Source of the DNA: Escherichia phage ERS-1
Length of the DNA: 64,000 nt
Sequence record: PP337211
Strand: one strand, 5' to 3'
Program-made: the position numbers and the translations under genes
Part shown: positions 20,908 to 31,380 of the stretch, one piece after another
How positions within the stretch are numbered: position 1 is the first letter of the stretch
Layout of the letters: every line of letters starts with the position of its first letter
Notes under the pieces: generated by a model
Told to the model about the DNA's origin: nothing
The model's input: only the letters and a program-made list of their open reading frames with translations
Database searches by the model: none

Positions 20908-21825
20908 TCCGCTGCTTGGTCAGGTCCCGGCGAAGTCCGCGCGGCCCTGAAGGCTTGCGCCCTTGTGCGGAGGGGAAGTGCCCCGTACGGCCCCGAACCG
21001 CCCCTGGGCGAAGGAGGGCGGAGCATCACCCCCGGGCGCTGACGCCCTGATCCTGAGTTCGTGTCGACCTGGGCGGCTAGGGGTCAAGCGGCTGAAGGAC
21101 CGCCGGGCGAAGATCGCCGGCTGTTCGCCCCGGGACGGACGGAAGGCGACCGCCTGGCCCTGTACGTCGCCGGGCGGGCGACCCTCCCGCTTCGACGCGG
21201 CCCGCTGCGCCGGTACGCGCCCGCCGCCCGTTGGACCTCTGCCGCGTGACGACCTAGGTAACGGCTCCGCCCGCGTGGTGCCGAAGTCGTAACGAGACCG
21301 GAGAAGGAGAAGCGGCGAAGCGGGGAATCTACCGCGGCCCGATCCCTGCCCGATTCGGCAGACCTGCGCTGCTGCGCGAGGCGACCCGGCCATGCTCGTG
21401 GCGGTTCGATGACGGAGCCTGACCCGGAGCGGCGACCCGATCCCGGCGGAGAAGCCCGAAGGCCCGCCCGCGGACGCCCTGGGCTACGGCTCGCGCCTTC
21501 CCGGCGGAGGACTTCGAGGAGAACCGGACCTGCCCGACCTGCGAGGCGACCGGCTTTCGGCGGCTCGCGCCGGGTCCTGACCGCTGTACCTTCTGCGACG
21601 GGACGGCAAGGCGGGAACCCGCCGGAGGAGGACGGCGAGGCTGCCGGGGTGCCCCGCCCGACCGCCCGCGCGCGGTCGGTGACCTCCTCCGTGGGCATGA
21701 CCCGCGACGGCTACCGGCTCGCCGGGTGGTTGTCGAGTGCGAGGACGGCGCTGTGGCGAACTCCGCCAGGAACGAAGCCGGGACTGATCCTGGGTCCGGC
21801 TCCCGGTGATCCCGGGAGGTGAACG

Positions 21826-22490
21826 ATGTCCCTGGCTGAGTTCGAGGACCGCGTGGCGGATCCCCTGCCTCATCGTGGTCACCACCGGGAGCCCTGACGT
21901 GCCCGCGAAGTGCTGCGGCCCGCCTGAAGATCGCTACCCGGCGGAAGGCGGATGCGGTGAATGGGAAGTCCGCGACCGCCGCGGACGCCCGCCCCCTGGC
22001 CTGGAGCGGGGTATGACGGAGGCGGAGCGCGAAGCGGTTGACCTGGCCGTGTTCGATCCGTGCGGAGGACCGGCGATGACCTGCGTGCGCGTCCCCGGGG
22101 GTCGCTTGCCGTCGCCCTCTTCCGGCTCCGCCTCGCGGACGGCTCCTGCGCGTCGGAGCCCTGCCACCTGCGGGCTGCCTCTTCCGCGACCGGCGGCTGG
22201 CGTCTTCACACGAGTGGTGGAGGACCCCTGCGATCTGCGCCGCCCTGGACTGGTCCTTCAACGAGGAAAACGGGCCGACCGCCCTCGCCGCGGGATGCCC
22301 CGCCGGGTGGTCCCGCGGTGCCGACTGGTCGAGTCGGAGGCCGAAGGCTGCGGAAAACCGGCGGGCTCCCCCTCCTTCTCCCTTCCACCGGGTGCGCTTG
22401 GGTTACGGGAGTGCGCTTGGGTTCGGCTCCAAAAGTATGAAGGGGTGCGTGGCGGGAAGTTGTAGCCGTCTGGGGTTCCTGCCTTGCGCT
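21826..22490 (+). pseudogene. hypothetical protein, last gene before island 1; frame-disrupted
   Basis: GGGAGGTGAACG-ATG at 21813-21828 (MSLAEFEDRVADPL then stop); protein-like text resumes in other frames (GMTEAEREAVDLAVFDPCGGPAMTCVRVPGGRL; ICAALDWSFNEENGPTALAAGCPAGW); stop at 22488-22490. Confidence 0.35.
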
Positions 22491-22597
22491 TAGGTTACTT
22501 GGGATTCTTACCTGAAACAAATTTGCCCAGGGTTGACCCGGCGGACCGGCCTGAGAATCCTTGTTGAGGCTTCCGGCTGTCCGAGGGCTTCCTGGGG

Positions 22598-22700
22598 CTA
22601 AGGTAAGTAAGTTAAGTAAGTTAAGTATCTATCTATCTATCTATCTATAAAGGGCTGTTTTATATGGCCTTTTTGCCCGCTTGACTTTTTACTTTTTCGG
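22598..22700 (+). promoter_or_regulatory. island 1: AAGGTAAGTAAGTTAAGTAAGTTAAG (stops in all three frames) + (TATC)6 microsatellite + TATAAA + TTGACT + T-rich run
   Basis: Directly read; AT-rich intergenic module between the 22490 stop and the SD+GTG start at 22927; homologous inverted copy at 63420-63515. Confidence 0.7.
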
Positions 22701-22926
22701 ACGTGGAAGTGAAGCGCGACCCCTCGAACCTAAGCGGAGGACGCCGCGTGCCTGCTTGGGTCTGTTGCCCGTCGCTCCCGCGCCTCCCCCGCGGGCGAGC
22801 GCGACCCGCCCTTGGCGAACGCAGGCTTCGCCAGACTCGCGGCGAGGATGTCCTTGGGCGTGAGGCCGGGACGGATCGCCGCGTGATGCGCGATTGACGG
22901 GCGGTGCTGCCCAAGGGGGAGGTGAT

Positions 22927-24000
22927 GTGCCCATTGAGAAACTGAAGCCGAAGCCGATGGTGCCCTTGCCCTTGGATGGAAGCAGTACCTGGAGTTGTTC
23001 CGCACGTCCCGACCTGGGTGGGTGGAAGTACCGTGCGCGGAGGCGTGGGCGTCTCCGGCTCCGCCGTTCCACTATGCCGTTGAAGAATGACCCGGAGTTT
23101 GCCCTGGCTCTGCAGGACGCCCGCCAAGCGTGGATTGATGAGATCCTGTTGCGCGGCCCTGAAGCGGGCGCGGGACGGCGCGGCAGCGCCCGATCGGTCG
23201 GGGAAGTTCAAGGACGAAATTATTGGATGAGCGGGTGTACTGTGATTCGCTGATGGCCTTGACGCTCCGCGCCCGCCGTGCGGAGTTCGGGAGGACGGGA
23301 GGACGTGGCCTGTATCACTGCCCTCGGCCCGGTGGGCGCCGATCGTCCCGGGCCCCGGCGTCGACCGGACGACTGGGAATTGTTTGGGACCTCGCCCGCG
23401 GGACCGTGGGCCGTCCGACCGGGAGGGCGATGTTCGCCTGGTCCCAAGCGGGCAGGCGGTTGCCATCGCCGCCCGCCCGGACTACCCGATCGAGCGGCGC
23501 GAGGCGGAGCCCGGCGAGCTGCGGGCACCACGTGGACCCGGAGACGGGAAGGAGTCGGAGGCGACCTGGTGCGGGTACGGGTTGCAGCTCGCCTTCCTCG
23601 GCGTCCCGATCTTCGAGGTGCTGTATGAGGGGACGCGCGGCCCGGGCAAGACCGACTGCCGATGGACTTCCTCCAGCACGTGGGGAAGGGCTACGGTTGG
23701 AGCGGCGGGGTCCCCGTTCCGTCTGGCAGGGACCCCCGCTGTCGGACGTGATCAGACACAAAACCAACAAGTGGTTCAAGCGTTTCTTCCCGGCTAAGTA
23801 CAGGCAAGGTGGGTTGGCGACCTTCCCGGCACGGCGAGGAGCTGCTGCTGTGTCGGCGGTCGCCGGAGGATTATTGGAACTACCCACGGCCACGTGCCCG
23901 TGGATTGGCTGGGAAGAACTCTTGGGCTGGGCCTGACAGCGCCACCGTTGCGACGTCCTGCCGCCGCTCCCAAGCCGGGGATGCCCCGCCGCGACCCGGG
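22927..24000 (+). pseudogene. P-loop NTPase-containing coding region (copy 1), candidate packaging/terminase-like ATPase, frame-disrupted
   Basis: GGGGGAGGTG RBS then GTG 22927; Walker A GTRGPGKTD at 23630-23656; further protein-like segments in shifting frames (MPLKNDPEFALALQDARQAWIDEILL; DFLQHVGKGYGW; SDVIRHKTNKWFKRFFPAKYRQGG). Confidence 0.35.
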
Positions 24001-25688
24001 CGACCGGCCCCACGGCCCCGCCCCTGGCTGGGTCAGGCCCGCTCCCGCCTCCCCCGTTGCGCGGTCGGGTGATCCTGGACGCGATGCGAGACGGCGAGCG
24101 CGAACCGCCCCGGGTCGCCTTCCCGGTTCCTTTCCCATGAGAACCGGGTTGCTCCTCGCTGACCCGGAGGGCCTGGTATTCGAGCCGCGGCCCGGAACCC
24201 CTCCGACTCGCCGCCTGGCTCCACGGCTCCTGCAGGTTGTTTGCGGGAGGATGTTGTACGAGGCTTGCACCGCGGGACGCACCGCGGCGCCCTCCGTCCC
24301 GCTGTCGGTGATCCCGAAGCGGTGGAAGATCGACCTGCGGCTTCCACCGGGCCGGAGCCCTTTGCCGTCCTGTGGTGGGCGGAGTCGAATGGGAGCCGTT
24401 CGAGCGGAATGGCCGCGTGTACGGAAGGTGCGGGGGCGATCTGTACCTGATCCTGTAGCGGGTACGGCTGGAACGGGAACGCGAGCAGGGCGTCCTGCGG
24501 CTCGCCTCGGAGGTCGCCCAGTGGGTGAAGGACCGGGAGGAGGATTGGGCGCTGGAAGGTCGGGTCAGCCCTGGCCCCCGCGACCTTCTCCTCACGTGGA
24601 GGTATGGGGCCTGGATTGCTGTGGAGGCGGAGAGAGGGTGTGCGCCTGGACGCCCGCGGGAGGCTGGGCTCGCGGGTGGGCTGGGAGGGGTTGGCTGTCG
24701 GAGGGCGCTGCCTCCGGCGGCGGGGACCGCGCCAGGTCCCTGGGCTGTTCGGTTTTTTCGACCCGTGCTGGTGTCGTCCAGACGGTCCCGCGCTGCCCCG
24801 CGATGAGGTGTACCTGGGATGACGTGAAGGCGGAGGCGGAGGACCGGTTGGTGACGCGACCGCTACCGCGTGCGGGGTAAGCTGCGTGGTGCGGTGGTGG
24901 CCCGCAGAGGCTCGGCCGGGTCCTCGCCTTCGGGCGAGAATCCGCGAACCTGGAGAACCGACGGCCGGCGAGACGGCAGCCCTGCCGACCTGCGGGGCGT
25001 ATTAACCGCGCTCCCGCGCTGGCCCACGCTCCAGACGCCGCCTGGGCGGGACCGAAGGGCGCGCGAGGCGGGCGAGACGTACCTACCCCGCCCTCGGAGG
25101 AGACGGCAGGGTGGGCTATCGGGAGCGCCTGGCCTCCGCCGCTCCTCCTCGGCGGTTGAACCTGGGCGCCTGGACCTGCCCTGCAGCGGAGCCCTTTGCC
25201 AGCCGATCAAGCCGGCCAGGACGTGCCCGGAGGCGATCCAGGAGATGATCCTGCCTGACGTGGACCTCCTGGGGCTGCCCACGCGTTCGCCCGTCCTGTG
25301 GTTCCGCCAGCCTATCCGGTGAGGCCCTGGCCTCCTCGTCCAGACCGCCTCGCCCGGCCCCGCGGAGGATGGCCTACCCGGACCTGGCGGATGACCGCCG
25401 GGAGGGCCTGCGCCCTGACTGGGTGATGATCCAAGCCGGAGGCGCCCGCTGTTGGCCCGGTCGGAGGTGATCAAATGGGGCCCGAGTCCTCTGCGTGCTG
25501 CTGTCCAAGTTACGAGGCGGAGGCAGGACGGCTTCGCGCAGGCTTGGGAGCGCTGTCCGCGTCCTGGAGCTGGGCCTTGTCCCGGCTCTGGCAGCCGGTG
25601 AGAAGTTGGTGGTCCCGCAAGGAGGAGTGGGTGCTGGCGGATGAGCGGGCCATGGGGCTGAACCACGTCCCTGTGGTTGCCTTTACGC

Positions 25689-25719
25689 CAGACGACTACA
25701 AACGGAATCTACAGCACCT
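25689..25719 (-). repeat. right 31-bp inverted repeat of block A (reverse complement reads aggtgctgtagattccgtttgtagtcgtctg)
   Basis: 30/31 match to 4928-4958 in inverted orientation. Confidence 0.8.
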
Positions 25720-25725
25720 GAGTAT

Positions 25726-25771
25726 GTATTGCTAAGGTTAGAGGGAAACACGATAGAATCCAACAGCACCT
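25726..25771 (-). repeat. partial J-unit, variant b, inverted (aggtgctgt-tggattctatcgtgtttccctc-taaccttagcaatac on the minus strand)
   Basis: Shares the aggtgctgt head and taaccttagcaatac tail with the J-units; middle resembles the 26008-26040 variant. Confidence 0.7.
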
Positions 25772-25996
25772 AAAAAGGTTCAACTTTTTACTAAATAATA
25801 AATGTTGTAGTATCTTCTTAAAACGAAAAATTTAATTTGCTTTAAAACCTTCCCAATTTTTTTTGCCTTTTTTTAACATACGTCAGAACATGGAAGAATG
25901 GTGGCCGTTTTTTACACTGTGAAGAAACAATTTTGAACTTTTAAATGACTTCCATTTATATTGTTTTAATTTCCTTTTTTCCCGTTTGTTGTTAAT
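25772..25996. other. AT-rich spacer without a convincing ORF, phage-like (T-even-like) composition, T-runs
   Basis: Sharp GC drop between two GC-rich blocks; only very short ORFs; ends in a T11 run leading into J-unit 2. Confidence 0.4.
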
Positions 25997-26098
25997 TTTT
26001 TTTTTTAGGTGCTGTTCCGGATTTATCGTGTTTCCTGATTAACCTTAGCAATACGTAACTGAACGAAGTACATAAAAACACCAATTGCTAAGGTTAAA
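25997..26098 (+). repeat. J-unit copy 2: T11 + aggtgctgt + variant spacer + 14-bp palindrome arms around a 32-nt loop
   Basis: Same architecture and arm sequence as 4678-4780. Confidence 0.8.
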
Positions 26099-26099
26099 A

Positions 26100-27216
26100 G
26101 GTTACACAAACCCTGGACAAGCAGCACCCTCCCTTTGCGGTGTTCTCCGGCTCCGCCTTGTCCTTTGAGAGCGGAGGGGTGTCGCTTGTTGATGCAGCGG
26201 GCGATGGCGAACATGGACCAGAGGTGCGGGTGGTCCGCGAGGGCTGACGGATGCTTCTCGTCCGGTCCTGGTCCCACCCTTCCGGTTGGCTCCTGGAAGA
26301 TGTTGGGTACTGCCTGTTCCAGACCGGGTCCGCGGTCGGGCCGGGGCTTCCCGGCCTTGCGGTCCGGTAGATGTCGCGCCGGGCCTTCAAGGCGGCGACG
26401 TCGTCGACGCGCGGGGTGGTCGGTGCTGGGTCCTGGTCGGGCCCTCCGATGACGGCCTTGATGTCCTTCAGGGCCGTCTCCCTGTGGATGTCGCGGACCG
26501 TCTCGCCGTCCGCCAGGGCCTCCCGCGGACCTGGGCGATGGCGCGGTGCTTGTTGGTCCTTCCCTGGTCCTCCTCGACGGGCTTCCCGCCGTCGCGCTCC
26601 TGGATGTGCTTTGGCTTCCAGCGGCGTGTCCTGAAGGCCGGGTCGCCGCCGTTCGCCTTCGACCGCCACCCTGCGTTGGTACCTGTAGATGGTGCTGATG
26701 GCCGCCCTCAAACCTTACCGCCTTCACGTCCGGGTCCCGCCCAACCAGCTCCGCGACGGCCTTGGCGGCGGCTTGGGTCTTGATCCGGTCTGGGCCGGCG
26801 GTGGTCGCTCCGGCGGCGGCGGTGTAGTCCCCGATGATGGCGATGCCGTCCGGGGCGTGTTGCCGGGATCGGCTTGTGGTCCGGGGACGATGACGTTGAT
26901 GACGCGGGCGGATCGCGGGCCAGGCTGCGCGGGGGTGTGCTCTGCCGGAGCCGTATGCCCTGCCCGTCGATGTACTTCGGTTGGTTTTCCAGTTTGGTTG
27001 AAAACGGCGGAGCCGGAGCCCCCGCCTGGGGTTGCTGTTGGACCCTGCGCGATCGGATGATCTTGCGCTCGCCGCCGTCCTCCTCCGGCGGGGCTGGTTT
27101 CCCGACCTCTGAGTCTGGGCGAGCGGCCTTCGCCGCCCCAGGTTCCGAACCGCGGGCTCGGCTCGTCGTCGTCCGCGCGGTGGAGACCTGGCCGGTGGGG
27201 GGCGGCTTCCCCTCAC
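26100..27216 (-). pseudogene. hypothetical protein, frame-disrupted
   Basis: Protein-like segments in two minus frames (DGIAIIGDYTAAAGATTAGPDRIKTQAAAKAVAELVGRDPDVKAV; EALADGETVRDIHRETALKDIKAVIGGPDQDPAPTTPRVDDVAALKARRDIYRTARPG). Confidence 0.3.
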
Positions 27217-27521
27217 CTCCTGGAGGGCTGGCCCGTCGGTCCGGGTGAAGGTTCGGGACGCGCTGGCCGTGGCGGCCCCGCGGCGATCATTTCACGCCTT
27301 CCAAAGCCAGTGCCGGTTCGCCGGTTCCGGGCTTCCCGCGGCGGTCCAGGCGTGTCGTCGCGTAGGTCGTTGCCGCGCTCCGTCGCCGGTTCGGTACCTG
27401 CCGGCGGGCTTCGACCCGGCACGGCTCGCGATGGTCTTTCCGGGCTCCGGCCTGGTTCTCCGCGGGCTGTCGGCGAAGGCTTTGGTGCGCCCCGGGCTGA
27501 ACCGCTTTTGGAGGTGTTCGA

Positions 27522-28655
27522 TCATTGCTGGAGCCCTGCTGTAGCCCGCTTCCCGAATTTTGCGATTGCGTGGTCGTTGCCGACCGCGGCCTGGCGCTCG
27601 AAGCTGTGGCGGATGTCGTCGTGGGTGACGATCCCCGGGATTACCGGATTGACCTGATGGAGGTGTACATGCCCGACGCGCGCTCGCGATTTCGTCGGGA
27701 TGGTCCTGAAGGCTGATGGCCCCGGAGGCTCGTGCCGTTGTGGTCGTTGCCGGTGTTCGGTGACTTCTGGGCGTAGCTGTAGGGGTTCCGCTTCGGAGGT
27801 CGATGGCCGGATGGGGTAGCAGACGGCCGGGAAGAAGACTGGGCCGGGAGTTGGCGAAGGCTTCCGCCCCCGCCTGGGTGTTATGGGGCGCTTTGAAACG
27901 GTGAAGGGGTCCGTGAAGCTGGAGAAGCAGCCCGCGGCGGAGGTCCGGACTTCGAGAGGCATTTTGCGGACCTGCTCGCCGTAGTTCACCGGGACGCTGA
28001 TGAGGCCGGTGCCGCGGTAGCCCCGGAACCCGCTGTCGACGTAGAAGGCGCAACCCACTGTAGCCCCATAAGGCTCCGTCAGGATCGCCTCGCTGCAGGG
28101 GCGGGCGCGGGAGCCTCGCTTGTCGTTGTGCTTGTCCTGGCACCTGCCCTGAAGGGGCTTGGCGTTCGGGATGCGGATGTGCGGGAGGTAGGTGACGACC
28201 CTTTGAAGCCGGTAGGCCCAGCCCTTCACCTCCTTCTTGTCGTCTCTCCTTCGCGTTGCGGACCGTCCCCCCTGCCTTGCCGGAACTTCGCGCGCTGGCG
28301 CCGGTCCTGCACCCTTCTCCCCCATCGGGCCCGGAACTCCCGTTGGTTCGGTCCGGCGGCGAAATACTTGTAAGCCTCCTGAGCGGCTTCGCCGGTGCCT
28401 TCCTGCCCTTGCCTGCGTGGTCCGGTCATTCTCCTTCAACTGTGAAAAAAGTCTTGAGCGCCTTACCCGGAAGAAGTAAGCGGCGTTAATCGGCCCCGGC
28501 TCGCCACGTTGTTTCCGGGAGGTCCCCTGGCCTTCGCTCCTCCGAATGCCGGCGACCGGCGAACTGCCGGAACCGCGCGGCGACCCTTCCGCGTCATATC
28601 CTCCAGGTTGTCCTTTTGGGACCCGAGGGAACAAATGCTCGGGGTTGACGCACAA
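27522..28655 (-). pseudogene. hypothetical protein with possible metal-dependent hydrolase motifs
   Basis: Long protein-like stretch (KGWAYRLQRVVTYLPHIRIPNAKPLQGRCQDKHNDKRG...) and GHVHLH; family not identified. Confidence 0.25.
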
Positions 28656-30700
28656 CGGTCGGTCGCAGCGATGAACTTACGTTATCGCCGTCGGGATGGA
28701 CCGTCGAACCTGGCCGAAGGATAGCCGATGAGTGCCGTCTTAGTCTCATGTTGGCGTGCTGCTTATCATTGACTGGGAGCCGTTGGTTGGTCCCGTCTCC
28801 GGTCTTGATAGTGGGCGTCGAAGTAGGTGAGCCGGTCCGTCGATTACCCCATGTTCGGAATGATGGGGCGTGGGATGGACGAAGCCCGTTGAGCGGTTGC
28901 TGCGCTTTAGCTTTTGGGTTGGTAACGGGTTGGGGGAACGGGGCGGAGGCGTCCCGGGCTGCGTCCGCGTACCCGTAGCCCTCGTCGTATTACCGGTCAC
29001 CCGGTTGCCGGGTGCCTGGCCGCGGCCTTCCCCATGTACTCCCGGGTGGCGTCCTGGCTCTGCAGTATCCTTGTGGAGGATGACGTTGTAGTTGCGGGCC
29101 CGCCCCCTCCAAGCCCTCTTCAGTGCCCGGCGGCGACCGTCCCCGAGCTGAGACTGATGACCGGGGTCCCGGAGTCCGGGAGGTGCGGGGCGGTGCGGAC
29201 GGCCTCCGCGGGCGTTCTCCGTGATCGACTCCGGGAGCTTCGGGTGTTCGGCTGTAGCTGTCGTGGGAGTTCTCCCGTGCTTCTTGGCCGGACGGGGATC
29301 GCGGAGCGGCCCGCCGGCATGTCCAGGTCCGCCCCGAGCTGGCGAGCGCGCCCGCCGCCGGACGCGCGGGGCGTCCGCGGCCCCGTCGCGCTTGAAGCGG
29401 GGCCAGTAGTCCACGGCCTGTTTCCCAGCTGCTGGCAGGCGACCGCCCGGCCCGCCTTCGAGCGGTACGTGTCCGGCTGCCGATGGTGGTTCTTGTGGTC
29501 TCGATATGGGCGAGGCCCCGCCAATCTCGCTGAAGGACGGCACCGGGAGCGGGTGCTCTCCCCGCTTCAGGATCGGACCCCGTTGAGCGGGCGTTTGACC
29601 GGGCGTCGTTGACGACGTTGCTGCCTGGCGTGGTCGAGGAAGGCCCGTGCGGCGGAGGGCGGCCTGCCCGGTTCGAGCCCGCCGTCGATTTCCCGGATGT
29701 TGTTCCGTGGGTAGTGGCCGTTCGACGGTGGGGATTTTCCATTTACACAGCACCGTTCTACCTCTGCATGTTCGGCGGGTGGTTGCCCGGGTGGGCGGGG
29801 CGAGGTCCGCGAACCGCTGGTTTGCAGTCCGCCACCCGGACGCTTGATCGCCTCGCGCTTGGGCTTCGCGTTCTCCGGGTACTGTGAGCCTCGCGCTGCT
29901 CCGCGTTGCGGCCTTCTCCGGGTCCTTGAAGGTTAAGGCGGCGTCGTGCCGAAGTCGGCCGCACTTCACCGGTTCGACCTGTCCGCGATCTTGAAGCCGA
30001 TCCGGTCGGACCGAAGCCGTCGTGCTCCTGGGCGCGGGCGGAGACGGTGCGGAAGGGCAGGCGCTCCTCCGTCGCCCGGGCTCTCCCGTGCCCCGCCTCC
30101 GGGCGGTCGCCGTAGCGGGCCTGGAGGGAGGTTGCGGAGTCACGGTATCGGCCTGTAGCGGCGGTGCTCGCGTCCCCGGGGGCCTGTGCTCCCCCGGCGG
30201 GCGTCTCCTCCTCGTCGCGGGCCGCGACCTTCCCGGTGCGGCAACTCCTCGCCCTCCTCCACCAGGAAGGAGGCCACCCGGCGTGGTAGCTCCAGAATAA
30301 CCGAGGAGCCCGGGAGCTGCGGCACGGAGAAGTCCCCCGCCTCCTCCGCCCGAACCAGGGCCGTGTACACGGGTCCAGATCGCCGGTGGTGATCAGGTGT
30401 CGGCCGGGGTCGTCTCGATGTCCGGTCGCGGGGCAAGTTCTGCTCGGCTTTTTCTGGGTATGCGTGACTGATTTTCCCGGCTCAGGTCTTTGCGATGTCC
30501 GGTTCAGAGAATTGGCGACGAAGGAAGGCTCCGGCGGGACTTTTCGTCACGTGATACGGGAATGGACTTGTCTGGCGCCGCCGTCGCCGTCCTCCGTGAT
30601 CCCTGGTGAACCCGGCAGGAGCTTGAAGGGCTCCGTTCTGTATCCCCGCTCCGCCGGGCACCTGCCCGGCGGGGGTGCGGTGTGCGCTCCGAGGCTCCCG

Positions 30701-31363
30701 TTACCCTTGCCCTTGTCGGCCTGGCGGGTCTGGCGGGCGTCTGCCTTCGGCGGACTTTGCGGCTCGTGGGCCGGGATCGCGTGGCCTTCCGGGACCTCCG
30801 ACGTGGAACCGCTCGTGCCGTCCGCGTCGAAGGCGGAGCGGACCCCGCAGCCCTTTGGTCGCTTGTCCTGCTGAAGCCGGAGTGGGCGGTGGCTTCGGTC
30901 CTGGGCTTGTTGCTGCCCTTGGGCTTCGACCTGTTCGGCCGGTCCTCCTGTTTGGGCGGGACCCCCTACGTCGGGAGACGGCCGCTCCGAGCCCTCGCGG
31001 CGGGGGATCGGGGCGTGGCCCGGGCGGCAGGTTGGCGCCGCGCGGGCGCGGGCCTTCCTCCTCCGCGGACTTCGGAGCCTTCTGGGCCTTCGGAGGCGAC
31101 GGGCGGGGGTTGCGGTTTGTTTGCGGTTTCGACCTTCTGGGTTCGGCCTGCTGCTGCTCGGCACTTCCGGGCGCGCTTCGGCGGCGCCAGGCTTCTGTGT
31201 GGGGGTATGGCGGTGGTCTTGTCGGCAAGCGGTGGACGTTCGGGACGGACTTGCCGTTGCGGAAGGTGCCGATGACTTCGTCGGGACCTGCTCGACCGGG
31301 CCGGGCTGGACCTCGCTGGGAGGCTTCGGTGTAGGCGACGTTGTTGAAGTTGATGGTGTTCAT
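30701..31363 (-). CDS. hypothetical protein with strong RBS (AGAAGGAG, 6 nt, ATG at 31363); frame decays after ~50 codons
   Basis: RC of 31361-31378 gives AGAAGGAGCCTACC-ATG; N-terminus MNTINFNNVAYTEASQ... Confidence 0.4.
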   Translation of the reverse strand: MNTINFNNVAYTEASQRGPARPGRAGPDEVIGTFRNGKSVPNVHRLPTRPPPYPHTEAWRRRSAPGSAEQQQAEPRRSKPQTNRNPRPSPPKAQKAPKSAEEEGPRPRGANLPPGPRPDPPPRGLGAAVSRRRGSRPNRRTGRTGRSPRAATSPGPKPPPTPASAGQATKGLRGPLRLRRGRHERFHVGGPGRPRDPGPRAAKSAEGRRPPDPPGRQGQG

Positions 31364-31380
31364 GGTAGGCTCCTTCTGGG

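Larger units (their letters stand above)
4972..25688 (+). other. GC-rich block A: plus-strand coding polarity, frame-disrupted phage/plasmid-like coding sequence bounded by 31-bp inverted repeats
   Basis: Abrupt AT to GC shift at ~4980; protein-like stretches and SD+start signals only on the plus strand; inverted repeats at 4928-4958 and 25689-25719. Confidence 0.55.
22300..25688 (+). repeat. left copy of a large diverged inverted duplication (partner 60390-63810 and beyond)
   Basis: Colinear manual alignments at four anchors (22300-22420 vs 63700-63810; 22510-22700 vs 63420-63610; 23600-23800 vs 62350-62530; 24880-24960 vs 61150-61260), roughly 75-85% identity by eye. Confidence 0.7.

Noticed and set aside
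22598-22700. Islands as spliceosomal introns (GTAAGT donor, pyrimidine tract, AG acceptor)
   Set aside because: The surrounding genes have Shine-Dalgarno-led starts and phage/plasmid-type content, so a prokaryotic regulatory or insulator role fits better; kept only as an alternative in the findings.
4678-26098. J-units and 31-mers as a CRISPR array
   Set aside because: Only 2-5 copies with irregular spacing (tens of bp to 20 kb), variable unit structure and no cas genes.
26100-26720. Tyrosine recombinase C-terminal motif (AISTIYRYQ near GH) in the minus-strand ORFs
   Set aside because: Only a short, ambiguous resemblance; the flanking segments do not look like integrase box I/II and the motif is not near the end of the coding region.
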